A DNA stretch of 64,000 nt from Escherichia phage mobillu, in sequence record MN850622.1; one strand, 5' to 3'. Below the pieces are notes generated by a model. It made no database searches and had not been told where the DNA came from. It saw only the letters and a program-made list of their open reading frames with translations. Both the position numbers and the translations under genes were made by a program. Within the stretch, counting starts at the first letter, position 1. Each line of letters starts with the position of its first letter. Below are positions 46,754 through 57,762 of the stretch, one piece after another.

Positions 46754-46783
46754 GTTTACGCTTTCAAATGAGTGTGTTACTAT
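46754..46783 (+). promoter_or_regulatory. T4-type early promoter upstream of rnh
   Basis: GTTTAC + 18 + TACTAT in divergent 34/rnh intergenic region. Confidence 0.5.
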
Positions 46784-46815
46784 AGACAAGTTGACTAACT
46801 GAACAAGAGGTTCAT

Positions 46816-47733
46816 ATGGATTTAGAAATGATGTTAGATGAAGATTACAAAGAAGGTATTGCACTTGCTGACTTTAGTAACATTGCATTGGCAGCCGCAT
46901 TAAACAACTTTGAAGACGGCGATAAAATTACCGTTCCGATGGTTCGCCATGTAATCTTGAATTCAATTCGTAAAAACGTAGTGATGTTCCGTAAGCAAGG
47001 CTATACAAAATTTGTATTGTGTATGGATAATGCTACTTCGGGTTATTGGCGTCGTGACTTTGCTTACTATTACAAGAAAAATCGTAAAACCGATCGTGAA
47101 GCTTCAAAGTGGGATTGGGAAGGATATTTTACTGCACTCCATCAAGTTGTCGATGAGATTAAGAAATACATGCCATACGTTGTAATGGATATTGACAAGT
47201 ATGAAGCGGATGACCATATCGGTGTATTAACTAAATATTTGTCATTAGCTGGACATAAAGTATGTATTGTTGCATCGGATGGCGACTTTACACAATTACA
47301 CAAATATCCTAACGTTAAACAGTGGTCGCCACCACAGAAAAAATGGGTTAAAATTAAGAATGGTTCTGCTGAAATTGATTGCATGACTAAAATTCTTAAA
47401 GGTGACCGTAAGGATGGTGTTGCATCTGTTCGAGTTCGTGGCGACTTCTGGTTTACCAGAGTTGATGGTGAACGAACTCCAAGCATGAAAACATCAATTA
47501 TTGAAGCAATTGCTAACGACCGTTCTCAAGCCGAAGTATTATTAAGTGCAGAAGAATATAAACGGTATCAAGAAAATTTGGTTCTCATTGATTTTGATTA
47601 TATCCCTGATAATATTGCTTCAACCATTATAGAGTATTATAACTCATATAAACAACAACCTAAAGGCAAGATTTATTCATACTTTGTAAAATCTGGTCTT
47701 TCTAAATTAACAAGTGTAATTAATGAATTCTGA
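46816..47733 (+). CDS. rnh: RNase H (5-prime-3-prime exonuclease, FEN-like)
   Basis: 305 aa; length and N-terminal/central motifs as T4 RNase H; divergent from gene 34. Confidence 0.9.
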   Translation: MDLEMMLDEDYKEGIALADFSNIALAAALNNFEDGDKITVPMVRHVILNSIRKNVVMFRKQGYTKFVLCMDNATSGYWRRDFAYYYKKNRKTDREASKWDWEGYFTALHQVVDEIKKYMPYVVMDIDKYEADDHIGVLTKYLSLAGHKVCIVASDGDFTQLHKYPNVKQWSPPQKKWVKIKNGSAEIDCMTKILKGDRKDGVASVRVRGDFWFTRVDGERTPSMKTSIIEAIANDRSQAEVLLSAEEYKRYQENLVLIDFDYIPDNIASTIIEYYNSYKQQPKGKIYSYFVKSGLSKLTSVINEF

Positions 47734-47740
47734 GGTAAAC

Positions 47741-48010
47741 ATGGCTAAGAAAGAAGCAGTTGAATTTAATCAAGATGTGCATGGTGAAGAACTGGCTAAA
47801 CTAGTCAAGGAAGCTTCCGATAACAAACTTAAAATTTCTGGTTATAATGAACTGATTAAAGACATTCGTACTCGTGCTAAAGAAGAGCTTGGTGTCGATG
47901 GAAAAATGTTTAATCGTTTGTTAGCTCTTTATCATAAAGACGCTCGTGACCAATTTGAAGCTGAAAACGAAGAGGTAGTCGAGCTTTATGACACAGTTTT
48001 CACTAAGTGA
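47741..48010 (+). CDS. dsbA: DsbA-like dsDNA-binding late transcription enhancer
   Basis: 89 aa from ATG with GAGGT RBS; size and position rnh-dsbA-33 as T4. Confidence 0.6.
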   Translation: MAKKEAVEFNQDVHGEELAKLVKEASDNKLKISGYNELIKDIRTRAKEELGVDGKMFNRLLALYHKDARDQFEAENEEVVELYDTVFTK

Positions 48011-48326
48011 TATTAAACCGGTTGATGAGGCCGGTTTATCTGAACAAGAATTAGCAGTAAAACACGATAAAGATGATATCGCTAAATTGCTTGACCGACA
48101 AGAAAACGGATTCATTATCGAATCCATGGTTGAACAATTTGGTATGTCTTATTTAGAAGCAACAACTGCTTTCTTGGAAGAGAATTCTATTCCAGAAACA
48201 CAATTTGCTAAATTTATTCCTACAGGAATTGTTGAAAAAATTACAAGCGAAGCAATTGACGAAAACATGCTTCGCCCGTCAGTTGCTCGTGGTGAAAAAA
48301 CTAATACGTTAGATTTCTTATTATGA
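47988..48326 (+). CDS. 33: gp33 late transcription co-activator
   Basis: 112 aa; MTQFSL.DIKPVDE...LLDRQENGFIIE...TNTLDFLL as T4 gp33. Confidence 0.7.
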   Translation: MTQFSLSDIKPVDEAGLSEQELAVKHDKDDIAKLLDRQENGFIIESMVEQFGMSYLEATTAFLEENSIPETQFAKFIPTGIVEKITSEAIDENMLRPSVARGEKTNTLDFLL

Positions 48327-48976
48327 TTAAAATACGCATGCCTCCTGACGGAGAACGTTATATTAACGGTAAATCAGTATATAAACTATACTTGATGTGC
48401 AAAAACCACTTTGGTGGTCGGTATGATGTAATCAAATATAACTGGTGCATGCGTGTTTCGGATAATGCGTATCAAAAACGCCGAGATAAATATTTCTTTG
48501 AAAAACTAGCAGAGAAATATAAATTGAAGGAACTCACCTTGATATTCATAAGCAACTTAGTTGCTAACCAAGACGCATGGATTGGTGAGATATCGGACGC
48601 TGATGCATTAGTTTTCTATAGGGAATATATTGGACGTCTCAAACAAGCTAAAGAGACGTTTGCTGAAGACGTACGTAACATCTACTATTTCAGTAAGAAA
48701 GTTGAAGTTAGTGCGCTTCAAGAGATATTTGATTATAATAACAACGTTCAGTCGAGCTACATATTCAAATTGCTACAAAGCAATATAATTTCATTTGAGA
48801 CTTTCTTATTGTTAGACTCGTTTTTGAATATTATAGATAAGCACGACGAACTCACTGACAATTTAGTCTGGCAAAATTATTCTACCAAATTAAAGGCATA
48901 TCGAAAAATACTTCAAATCGATGTAAATGCTGCTAAGAAATTGTTCATAGAAACAATCAAATCATGTAAGTATTAA
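48323..48976 (+). CDS. 59: gp59 helicase loader
   Basis: 217 aa; position between 33 and 32; length equals T4 gp59. Confidence 0.75.
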   Translation: MIKIRMPPDGERYINGKSVYKLYLMCKNHFGGRYDVIKYNWCMRVSDNAYQKRRDKYFFEKLAEKYKLKELTLIFISNLVANQDAWIGEISDADALVFYREYIGRLKQAKETFAEDVRNIYYFSKKVEVSALQEIFDYNNNVQSSYIFKLLQSNIISFETFLLLDSFLNIIDKHDELTDNLVWQNYSTKLKAYRKILQIDVNAAKKLFIETIKSCKY

Positions 48977-49005
48977 GCTTTATTTCTTGTGTGTTAAAAT
49001 TACTT

Positions 49006-49013
49006 TATAAATA
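49006..49013 (+). promoter_or_regulatory. late promoter (TATAAATA) upstream of gene 32
   Basis: Exact TATAAATA about 80 nt upstream of gene 32 ATG. Confidence 0.45.
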
Positions 49014-49092
49014 AATCATACCAGCTACGAGGTATAAGTGTCGTAGCAACCAACTGTAAATAAATTAAATAATCTAAATAAAGGTAAATATA

Positions 49093-49995
49093 ATGTTTAA
49101 ACGTAAATCTACTGCTGACCTCGCTGCTCAAATGGCTAAACTGAACGGTAACAAAGGTTTCTCTTCAGAAGATAAAGGCGAATGGAAGCTGAAGCTAGAT
49201 GCATCAGGTAATGGTCAAGCGGTAATTCGTTTCTTGCCAGCAAAAACTGATGATGCACTACCATTTGCAATTCTTGTTAACCACGGTTTCAAGAAAAATG
49301 GTAAATGGTATATTGAAAATTGCTCTTCTACACATGGTGATTACGACTCTTGTCCTGTATGTCAGTACATTAGTAAAAATGACCTGTACAATACCAACAA
49401 AACTGAATATTCTCAACTGAAACGTAAAACTTCTTATTGGGCTAATATTCTGGTTGTTAAAGACCCTCAAGCTCCAGATAATGAAGGTAAAGTATTTAAA
49501 TATCGTTTCGGTAAAAAGATTTGGGACAAAATCAATGCAATGATTGCAGTTGATACCGAAATGGGTGAAACTCCGGTTGATGTTACTTGCCCGTTTGAAG
49601 GTGCCAACTTCGTTCTGAAAGCTAAGCAGGTTTCCGGTTTTAGCAACTATGACGAATCTAAATTCTTGGGTCAATCTGAAATTCCTCGTATTAATGACGA
49701 AGCATTCCAGAAAGAACTATATGACCAGATGGTAGACCTTACTACTTTGACGGCTAAAGACCAGTTCAAGTCCTTTGAAAAATTAAATGAATCTTTCGCT
49801 AAGGTTCTTGGTACTGCCGCTCTTGGTGGTGCAGCAGCCGCAGCAGCTTCTGTTGCAGATAAAGTTGCTTCTGACCTTGACGATTTTGATAAAGACATGG
49901 AAGCCTTTAGTTCTGCAAAAACTGAAGATGACTTCATGAGCTCTACCTCATCCTCTGATGATGGCGACCTAGATGACCTGTTAGCTGGTCTATAA
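49093..49995 (+). CDS. 32: gp32 single-stranded DNA-binding protein
   Basis: 300 aa; [36 protein letters not shown] and acidic C-terminus match T4 gp32; long 5-prime leader. Confidence 0.95.
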   Translation: MFKRKSTADLAAQMAKLNGNKGFSSEDKGEWKLKLDASGNGQAVIRFLPAKTDDALPFAILVNHGFKKNGKWYIENCSSTHGDYDSCPVCQYISKNDLYNTNKTEYSQLKRKTSYWANILVVKDPQAPDNEGKVFKYRFGKKIWDKINAMIAVDTEMGETPVDVTCPFEGANFVLKAKQVSGFSNYDESKFLGQSEIPRINDEAFQKELYDQMVDLTTLTAKDQFKSFEKLNESFAKVLGTAALGGAAAAAASVADKVASDLDDFDKDMEAFSSAKTEDDFMSSTSSSDDGDLDDLLAGL

Positions 49996-50001
49996 TAAAT
50001 T

Positions 50002-50023
50002 GGGAGACTTCGGTCTCCCTTTT
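50002..50023 (+). terminator. intrinsic terminator after gene 32
   Basis: gggagaCTTCGgtctccc + TTTT. Confidence 0.65.
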
Positions 50024-50050
50024 GAGTATCTGTAAATTGCCGAAAAAGTT

Positions 50051-50079
50051 GTTTACTTCTTCCCTGGATGTGTTAGTAT
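50051..50079 (+). promoter_or_regulatory. T4-type early promoter
   Basis: GTTTAC + 17 + TAGTAT, CTATCAAC leader; after gene 32 terminator. Confidence 0.5.
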
Positions 50080-50108
50080 AGACCTATCAACAACATGAGG
50101 AAATCAAA

Positions 50109-50495
50109 ATGGAAATCGGAAAATCTTATATCATCAACCCTTTATTTAAAGACGACTTTGCTAACGAGTGCCGTTGCAATACAATAATGCTAAATTTAAT
50201 AGAGAAGCACGGACCTAGTTTTGTTGTAGATGAAATGGAAAGTGATGATTGTGCTGGTGAATGTGTGGTACGTGTAACTATGGAAGATGGCACTGAATAC
50301 ATGGCGAGTGGCCCACTTGAGACGTATTTTGAGATTTACTCTGAAGAATTCAAATACTTTACTGAGGTAGATTTAGTAAAGCCTCAACCTACTAACGAAG
50401 GTATAACTTTAGGTGTAACAAAAATCCATTGTATCGTAGATGAAACCAACGTCGACGAAATCATCGAACTTTTGCAAAAAACTTTTAAAAAGTAG
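50109..50495 (+). CDS. hypothetical protein
   Basis: 128 aa after early promoter. Confidence 0.5.
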   Translation: MEIGKSYIINPLFKDDFANECRCNTIMLNLIEKHGPSFVVDEMESDDCAGECVVRVTMEDGTEYMASGPLETYFEIYSEEFKYFTEVDLVKPQPTNEGITLGVTKIHCIVDETNVDEIIELLQKTFKK

Positions 50496-50524
50496 TTTAT
50501 AATAAGATAGGGTTATGTTATAGT
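50495..50524 (+). promoter_or_regulatory. T4-type early promoter with inverted repeat
   Basis: GTTTAT + 18 + TATAGT; gataggg / ccctatc. Confidence 0.5.
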
Positions 50525-50557
50525 AGCCCTATCAAATCAAAAGTGAAGGAGAATAAA

Positions 50558-50806
50558 ATGAGATTGCAACGCCAGAGCATCAAAGATTCTGAAGTTAGAG
50601 GTAAATGGTACTTCAACATCGTTGGTAAAGACGCTGAACTCCTTGAACAAGCTGAAGAAGCTTTACGTGAAATGGGTTGGAATGAAGAATGTGATGGATG
50701 TCCACTCTACGAAGATGGTGAAAGCGCAGGATTCTGGATTCACCACTCTGATGTTGAATCGTTTAAAGCTGATTGGAAAGTTGTTAAGAAAAATCTGAGG
50801 AAATAA
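50558..50806 (+). CDS. hypothetical protein
   Basis: 82 aa from ATG with GAAGGAG RBS; track GTG start lies in promoter region. Confidence 0.5.
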   Translation: MRLQRQSIKDSEVRGKWYFNIVGKDAELLEQAEEALREMGWNEECDGCPLYEDGESAGFWIHHSDVESFKADWKVVKKNLRK

Positions 50807-50808
50807 AA

Positions 50809-51396
50809 ATGCTTAAATTAGTATTCGCATGCGCACCATCTAAAACAGTTGATGATAAATTGGAATATGCTTTTGGATTAGGTGATGGACTTCCATGGAA
50901 GCATATCAAACAAGATATGAGTAACTTTGTTGCTCGCACTAAAAACACTGTAATGGTTATGGGTGCTAAGACTTTTGCATCATTACCTCGTCTACTACCA
51001 GATCGTACTCATGTGGTTGTCACTGATATGGCCAGAAAACTGCCTAGGACTAAAACCAACGAACTTGCACGGTTCTATATCACCCAAGCAGAATTTATTG
51101 CCTTGGTAATGGGTAGTGAAATTAACCTGTTTAGCCCTTCAACAGACGTATCGTTTAAACTTTCTACTGAACATGTTGATGTATCTGTTATCGGCGGTCC
51201 TGCCTTATTAAAACAAGCACTGCCTTATGCCGATGAAATTGTGATGACTAAAATCATTAAGAAATGTCGTGTTAATTCAGACGTTCAACTTGATAAAGAT
51301 TTCATCCAAGATATTATGCTTCAACGTTCTATGGTAGAATCTCATTACTACAGAATCGATGAACTCACCGAAATTACTGAGAGCGTATATAAATGA
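50809..51396 (+). CDS. frd: dihydrofolate reductase
   Basis: 195 aa; LGDGLPW, VMGAKTF, VIGGPALL motifs as T4 DHFR. Confidence 0.85.
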   Translation: MLKLVFACAPSKTVDDKLEYAFGLGDGLPWKHIKQDMSNFVARTKNTVMVMGAKTFASLPRLLPDRTHVVVTDMARKLPRTKTNELARFYITQAEFIALVMGSEINLFSPSTDVSFKLSTEHVDVSVIGGPALLKQALPYADEIVMTKIIKKCRVNSDVQLDKDFIQDIMLQRSMVESHYYRIDELTEITESVYK

Positions 51397-52253
51397 AACA
51401 ATACCAATACCTGATTAATGATATCCTAGAAAATGGCTACGAAACAGACGACCGTACAGGCACAGGAACAATTGCCCTGTTCGGAACTAAATTACGTTGG
51501 GACCTGACTAAAGGATTCCCTGCAGTAACAACTAAGAAATTAGCATGGAAAGCTTGTATTGCCGAACTACTGTGGTTCATGTCTGGTTCTACCAACGTTA
51601 ATGATTTGCGTATTCGTACTCATGGTAGTCTTATTCAAGGTAAAACTATTTGGGACGACAACTATGAAAATCAGGCAAAAGACCTTGGATATCATAGCGG
51701 CGAACTTGGTCCTATTTACGGTAAGCAATGGCGTGATTTTGGCGGTGTAGACCAATTGGTCAAAACTATCGACCGCATTAAAGCTCTTCCTAATGATCGT
51801 CGTCAAATAGTTTCTGCATGGAACCCAGCCGAAATTGACCAAATGGCTCTTCCTCCTTGTCATATGTTCTATCAATTTAATGTGCGTAATGGGCATCTTG
51901 ATTTACAATGGTATCAACGCAGTGTAGATGTTTTCTTGGGCCTGCCGTTCAACATTGCCTCGTACGCTGCCTTGACGCATATTGTAGCGAAGATGTGTAA
52001 CCTTATCCCAGGTGATTTAGTGTTCTCAGGCGGCAACACGCATATCTACAGCAATCATGTAGAACAATGCAAAGAAGTTCTTCGTCGTGAACCTAAAGAG
52101 TTATGTTCTCTTGAAATTAATTGGCCTAGTAATTTTGAGAATTGGCCTACAAAAATCCAAATGGACTGGGTTACCGGAACGATGACACATTCTGATTTCG
52201 TTCTTAAAAATTACGAATCACATCCAGCTATAAAAGCTAAAATGGCGGTATAA
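51393..52253 (+). CDS. td: thymidylate synthase
   Basis: 286 aa; DRTGTGT, PPCHMFYQF, YQRSVDVFLGLPFNIASYA; uninterrupted (no intron). Confidence 0.9.
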   Translation: MKQYQYLINDILENGYETDDRTGTGTIALFGTKLRWDLTKGFPAVTTKKLAWKACIAELLWFMSGSTNVNDLRIRTHGSLIQGKTIWDDNYENQAKDLGYHSGELGPIYGKQWRDFGGVDQLVKTIDRIKALPNDRRQIVSAWNPAEIDQMALPPCHMFYQFNVRNGHLDLQWYQRSVDVFLGLPFNIASYAALTHIVAKMCNLIPGDLVFSGGNTHIYSNHVEQCKEVLRREPKELCSLEINWPSNFENWPTKIQMDWVTGTMTHSDFVLKNYESHPAIKAKMAV

Positions 52254-52254
52254 A

Positions 52255-52509
52255 ATGATTTTACGTTTTATTAATTCATATGGCACCACAATTTTTGAAA
52301 TGAAAAATCCAAGTGAACTGGATATCCCTTCACCAAATAGTGAAATCACAATTAAAGGTGAACGATTCATTTGTTATTCACATGAACGAATTTATGAATA
52401 TCGTGAATTTTGTGGTGGTTACGGTATGGAAAAAGAACCATTGGTTTATTTCGATATCACGGTCTTGACACCTAAAGAATACGAAGAAATTATTGCTGAG
52501 GATAATTAA
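52255..52509 (+). CDS. hypothetical protein
   Basis: 84 aa. Confidence 0.45.
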   Translation: MILRFINSYGTTIFEMKNPSELDIPSPNSEITIKGERFICYSHERIYEYREFCGGYGMEKEPLVYFDITVLTPKEYEEIIAEDN

Positions 52510-52533
52510 CGCTTCAGTTTAAAAGTGTATAAT
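52510..52533 (+). promoter_or_regulatory. putative middle promoter for nrdA
   Basis: cGCTTCA + 11 nt + TATAAT. Confidence 0.35.
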
Positions 52534-52596
52534 AAATTAACGGGATAAATACTATCCCGTTTGGAGTAATGTCTATCAACCTATACTGAGGAATAT

Positions 52597-54852
52597 ATGC
52601 AAGTAACTAAGAGCAGTGGTGTATCACAAAATTTTGATGCACAGAAAATTATTCAAGTCTTAACTTGGCAATGTGAAGGAACACAAATTGATCCATATGA
52701 ATTGTACGAAGAAATTAAGACCCATCTTGTCGACGGGATGAGCACCAAAGATATCCAGAAGATTTGTATTAAAGTTGCAGCTAACTCGATTTCTGTCGAA
52801 GAACCTGATTATCAGTATGTCGCCGCCAAAGGGCTAATGTTTGCACTTCGTAAAGATGTATATGGGCAGTTTGAACCGCCTGCTTTTATCGACCATATTT
52901 CTTATTGTGTTAATGAAGGCAAATATGACCCTGAGCTGTTGTCTCAATATTCAGCAGAAGAAATCATTTATCTCGATTCACAGATTAAACATGAACGAGA
53001 CTTTGACCTGACTTATGCTGGTGCTATGCAGCTTAAAGAAAAATATCTAGTTAAAGATAAAACAACTGGGAAGATTTATGAAACTCCCCAGTTTGCTATC
53101 ATGGCTATTGGCATGGCCTTACACCAAGACGAAACTCATGACCGTTTGAAACATATTATTCGTTTTTATGATGCCGTTTCTACTCATCAAGTTTCATTGC
53201 CAACCCCAATTATGGCAGGTGCTCGTACTCCAACTCGCCAGTTCTCTAGTTGTGTAGTTATTGAAGCCGGTGATTCGTTAAAATCTATTAACAAAACTTC
53301 AGCATCAATTATTGAATATATTTCTAAACGAGCTGGTATCGGTATCAACGTTGGTATGCTTCGTGCAGAAGGTTCTAAGATCGGTATGGGTGAAGTTCGA
53401 CATACGGGTGTTATTCCATTCTGGAAACATTTCCAAACTGCAGTAAAATCTTGTTCTCAAGGTGGTATTCGTGGTGGTGCTGCTACAGCGTATTATCCGA
53501 TGTGGCACTTAGAAGTAGAGAACCTATTAGTTCTGAAAAATAACAAAGGCGTGGATGAAAACCGTATTCGACATATGGACTACGGAATTCAGATTAATGA
53601 CCTCATGATGGAACGCCTTGGTAAAAATGATTATATTACTTTATTTAGCCCTCACGAAATGTCAGGCGAACTATATTACTCGTTCTTTGAAGATCAAGAT
53701 AAATTCCGTGAGCTTTATGAGAAAGCTGAAAAAGACCCAACAATTAGAAAGAAAAGAATCAAAGCACTAGAACTCTTTGAATTGTTCATGACTGAACGTT
53801 CTGGTACTGCTCGAATTTATCCACAGTTTGTTGATAACACGAATAACTACACTCCATTTATTCGTGAAAAAGCTCCAATTCGTCAAAGTAACTTATGTTG
53901 TGAAATCGCTATTCCAACTAATGATGTGAATGGTCCTGATGCTGAAATTGGTTTATGCACATTATCTGCTTTTGTATTAGATAAATTTGATTGGCAAGAC
54001 CAAGATAAAATTAATGAACTTGCTGAAGTACAAGTACGTGCACTTGATAACCTGCTAGACTATCAAGATTATCCGGTTCCAGAAGCTTTAAAAGCTAAAA
54101 AGCGTCGTAATCTTGGTGTTGGTGTTACGAACTATGCTGCATGGTTAGCTTCTAACTTTGCTTCATATGAAGACGCTAACGATTTGACTCATGAATTGTT
54201 TGAGAGATTGCAATATGGCCTTATCAAAGCATCAATCAAACTCGCCAAAGAAAAAGGATGTTGCGAGTATTATTCAGACACTAAATGGTCTAGAGGCGAA
54301 TTACCTATCGACTGGTACAATAAAAAGATTGACCAAATCGCAGCCCCGAACTACGTCTGTGACTGGGAAGAACTTCGAGCTAAACTCAAAGAACATGGAA
54401 TTCGTAACTCAACGTTGTCTGCACTCATGCCTTGTGAGTCAAGCAGTCAAGTATCAAACTCTACAAACGGGATTGAGCCACCACGTGGTCCAGTAAGTAT
54501 TAAAGAATCTAAAGAAGGCAACTTCCGACAGGTTGTTCCTAATATCGAACATAACATGAGTCTTTACGACTACGCGTGGAAACTTGCTAAGAAAGGTAAT
54601 AAACCTTATTTGACCCAAGTTGCTATCATGTTGAAATGGGTGTGCCAATCTGCTTCTGCTAATACTTACTATGACCCTGCAGTATTTGAGAAAGGTAAAG
54701 TGCCAATGTCAGTAATGCTTGACGATCTGCTTTACTTCTGGTACTTTGGCGGAAAAAACCTCTACTATCATAACACTCGTGATGGGTCTGGTACAGACGA
54801 CTATGAATTAGAAACACCTAAAGCAGAAGATTGTTCTGCTTGTAAGCTTTAA
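52597..54852 (+). CDS. nrdA: ribonucleotide reductase class Ia large subunit
   Basis: 751 aa; ATP-cone N-terminus, NLCCEI active-site region, C-terminal CSACKL-like tail. Confidence 0.9.
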   Translation: MQVTKSSGVSQNFDAQKIIQVLTWQCEGTQIDPYELYEEIKTHLVDGMSTKDIQKICIKVAANSISVEEPDYQYVAAKGLMFALRKDVYGQFEPPAFIDHISYCVNEGKYDPELLSQYSAEEIIYLDSQIKHERDFDLTYAGAMQLKEKYLVKDKTTGKIYETPQFAIMAIGMALHQDETHDRLKHIIRFYDAVSTHQVSLPTPIMAGARTPTRQFSSCVVIEAGDSLKSINKTSASIIEYISKRAGIGINVGMLRAEGSKIGMGEVRHTGVIPFWKHFQTAVKSCSQGGIRGGAATAYYPMWHLEVENLLVLKNNKGVDENRIRHMDYGIQINDLMMERLGKNDYITLFSPHEMSGELYYSFFEDQDKFRELYEKAEKDPTIRKKRIKALELFELFMTERSGTARIYPQFVDNTNNYTPFIREKAPIRQSNLCCEIAIPTNDVNGPDAEIGLCTLSAFVLDKFDWQDQDKINELAEVQVRALDNLLDYQDYPVPEALKAKKRRNLGVGVTNYAAWLASNFASYEDANDLTHELFERLQYGLIKASIKLAKEKGCCEYYSDTKWSRGELPIDWYNKKIDQIAAPNYVCDWEELRAKLKEHGIRNSTLSALMPCESSSQVSNSTNGIEPPRGPVSIKESKEGNFRQVVPNIEHNMSLYDYAWKLAKKGNKPYLTQVAIMLKWVCQSASANTYYDPAVFEKGKVPMSVMLDDLLYFWYFGGKNLYYHNTRDGSGTDDYELETPKAEDCSACKL

Positions 54853-54906
54853 GACTTTTTATTATAATTTACTCATGGATGAGTTAATAACTAAGTGAGA
54901 AATATA

Positions 54907-56082
54907 ATGAGTACAGTTTTTAACACACATCAAGTCGATGTTTTGAATGAACCGATGTTCTTTGGTTCTGGTCTTGGCCTCGCACGGTATGATATTCAGC
55001 GTCATAAAGTTTTTGAAGAACTTATTGAAAAGCAATTGTCGTTTTTCTGGCGCCCAGAAGAGGTAAACTTGATGTTGGATTCGGCCCAGTTTAATAAGCT
55101 TCCACAGTTCCAACAGGACATCTTTACCAACAACCTTAAGTATCAATCATTATTAGATTCTATCCAAGGTAGAGCACCATCTGCGGTACTTATGTCATTG
55201 CTTTCAGACCCTTCATTAGATACATGGGTTGCTACATGGACTTTCAGTGAAACTATTCACTCTCGTTCATATACTCATATTATGCGAAATCTTTATACAG
55301 ATCCATCGAAGGTGTTTGATGAGATTGTATTAGATGAAGCTATTATGAAGCGTGCCGAATCTATCGGACGATATTATGATGATGTTCTAGTCAAGACTCG
55401 TCATTGGGAAAATGCTAAGGAAGTTTATGAGTGTTCAATAGGCTCATGCCAGCAGAATGATATTGAGATGTACGAAGAAATAATGTTTAACGCCAAGCGT
55501 GATTTAATGAAGTCTCTTTATCTCTGTTTGCATGTTATCAACGCCTTAGAAGCTATTCGTTTTTACGTATCATTTGCATGTACTTTCAACTTCCATAAAA
55601 ATATGGAAATTATGGAAGGTAATGCAAAGATTATGAAGTTCATTGCTCGTGACGAACAACTCCATCTCAAGGGTACTCAGTACATTATCCGTCAACTTCA
55701 ATCTGGTACTGATGGCGATGAGTGGGTTCAAATTGCTAAAGAATGTGAACAAGAAGCAGTTGACATTTTTATGGAAGTAAATAGTCAAGAGAAGGAATGG
55801 GCTGCACACCTCTTTAAAGACGGTACATGTCCAGGTATCAATACGCAGAGTATGTGTGCTTTTGTTGATTACTTGACTGTGTCTCGTATGAAACAGTGCG
55901 GTTTGCCATGTCCAATTACTGATGCTCCGACCAAGCATCCGTATCCTTGGATTCGTGAATATCTGAACTCTGATTTAGTTCAAGCAGCTCCTCAGGAAGT
56001 TGAAATCAGTTCTTATCTTGTCGCACAAATTGATAACGATGTAGACCAAAATGTAATCAATTCATACAAAAAATATTTCTAA
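54907..56082 (+). CDS. nrdB: ribonucleotide reductase class Ia small subunit
   Basis: 391 aa from ATG 54907; di-iron ligand region (EXXH motifs), uninterrupted. Confidence 0.9.
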   Translation: MSTVFNTHQVDVLNEPMFFGSGLGLARYDIQRHKVFEELIEKQLSFFWRPEEVNLMLDSAQFNKLPQFQQDIFTNNLKYQSLLDSIQGRAPSAVLMSLLSDPSLDTWVATWTFSETIHSRSYTHIMRNLYTDPSKVFDEIVLDEAIMKRAESIGRYYDDVLVKTRHWENAKEVYECSIGSCQQNDIEMYEEIMFNAKRDLMKSLYLCLHVINALEAIRFYVSFACTFNFHKNMEIMEGNAKIMKFIARDEQLHLKGTQYIIRQLQSGTDGDEWVQIAKECEQEAVDIFMEVNSQEKEWAAHLFKDGTCPGINTQSMCAFVDYLTVSRMKQCGLPCPITDAPTKHPYPWIREYLNSDLVQAAPQEVEISSYLVAQIDNDVDQNVINSYKKYF

Positions 56083-56086
56083 GGAC

Positions 56087-56100
56087 GGGACTTCGGTCCC
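56087..56100 (+). terminator. UUCG hairpin after nrdB (weak terminator)
   Basis: gggaCTTCGgtccc, poor T-run. Confidence 0.4.
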
Positions 56101-56108
56101 ACTTTATT

Positions 56109-56519
56109 ATGAAAGATATCGCCGCCGAATATTCCTTTATTAAATATACAGAATTGGAGCTATTAGAAGATGCAACAATTAAAACAGTTGATGTCCCTAA
56201 TAAGAAAAATGTCATATACGCTATTGCTATAGATGACGAACTTGTGTATATTGGTAAAACCAAGAATTTAAAGAAACGCATTAACTATTATCGAACAGCC
56301 ATAAATCGAAAAGACCAGACTTCAGATTCAAGAAAATCACTTATGATTTTGGATGCCTTAATGCAAGGCAAAAAGGTTGAATTCTGGGCCCGCCAATGTT
56401 TTGACCTTTCAGTCACCAACGAACTTGGTTCAATGACCATCGCAACAATGGACCTTGAAGAACCGCTTTTTATCAAAAAGTTCAACCCGCCTTGGAATAT
56501 CCAACATAAGAAAAAGTAG
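56109..56519 (+). CDS. denA: DenA-like GIY-YIG endonuclease II
   Basis: 136 aa; VIYAIAIDDELVYIGKTKNLKKRINYYR GIY-YIG-like; position after nrdB as T4 denA. Confidence 0.65.
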   Translation: MKDIAAEYSFIKYTELELLEDATIKTVDVPNKKNVIYAIAIDDELVYIGKTKNLKKRINYYRTAINRKDQTSDSRKSLMILDALMQGKKVEFWARQCFDLSVTNELGSMTIATMDLEEPLFIKKFNPPWNIQHKKK

Positions 56520-56548
56520 TTTACATACCACAAGGATTGTGGTACAAT
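56519..56548 (+). promoter_or_regulatory. T4-type early promoter upstream of rnlA
   Basis: GTTTAC + 18 + TACAAT; ccacaa / ttgtgg repeat. Confidence 0.5.
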
Positions 56549-56566
56549 TTAAAAAAAACTAACTGA

Positions 56567-57700
<1,134 letters not shown>

Positions 57701-57702
57701 TG

Positions 57703-57732
57703 GTTTACAAACACCAAGGAAGGTGTTACTAT
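57703..57732 (+). promoter_or_regulatory. T4-type early promoter upstream of alc
   Basis: GTTTAC + 18 + TACTAT, TTATCAAC leader. Confidence 0.55.
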
Positions 57733-57762
57733 GGCTTTTATCAACAACACGAGGAGAAAATT

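Noticed and set aside
54862-55146. Minus-strand 94-aa ORF across the nrdA/nrdB junction
   Set aside because: Overlaps nrdB start region antisense; no support.
7963-56100. Possibility that the recurring GGGAGACTTCGGTCTCCC hairpins form a CRISPR-like array
   Set aside because: Copies are dispersed at irregular multi-kb spacing on both strands, are palindromic and sit after stop codons; this fits terminators, not CRISPR repeats.
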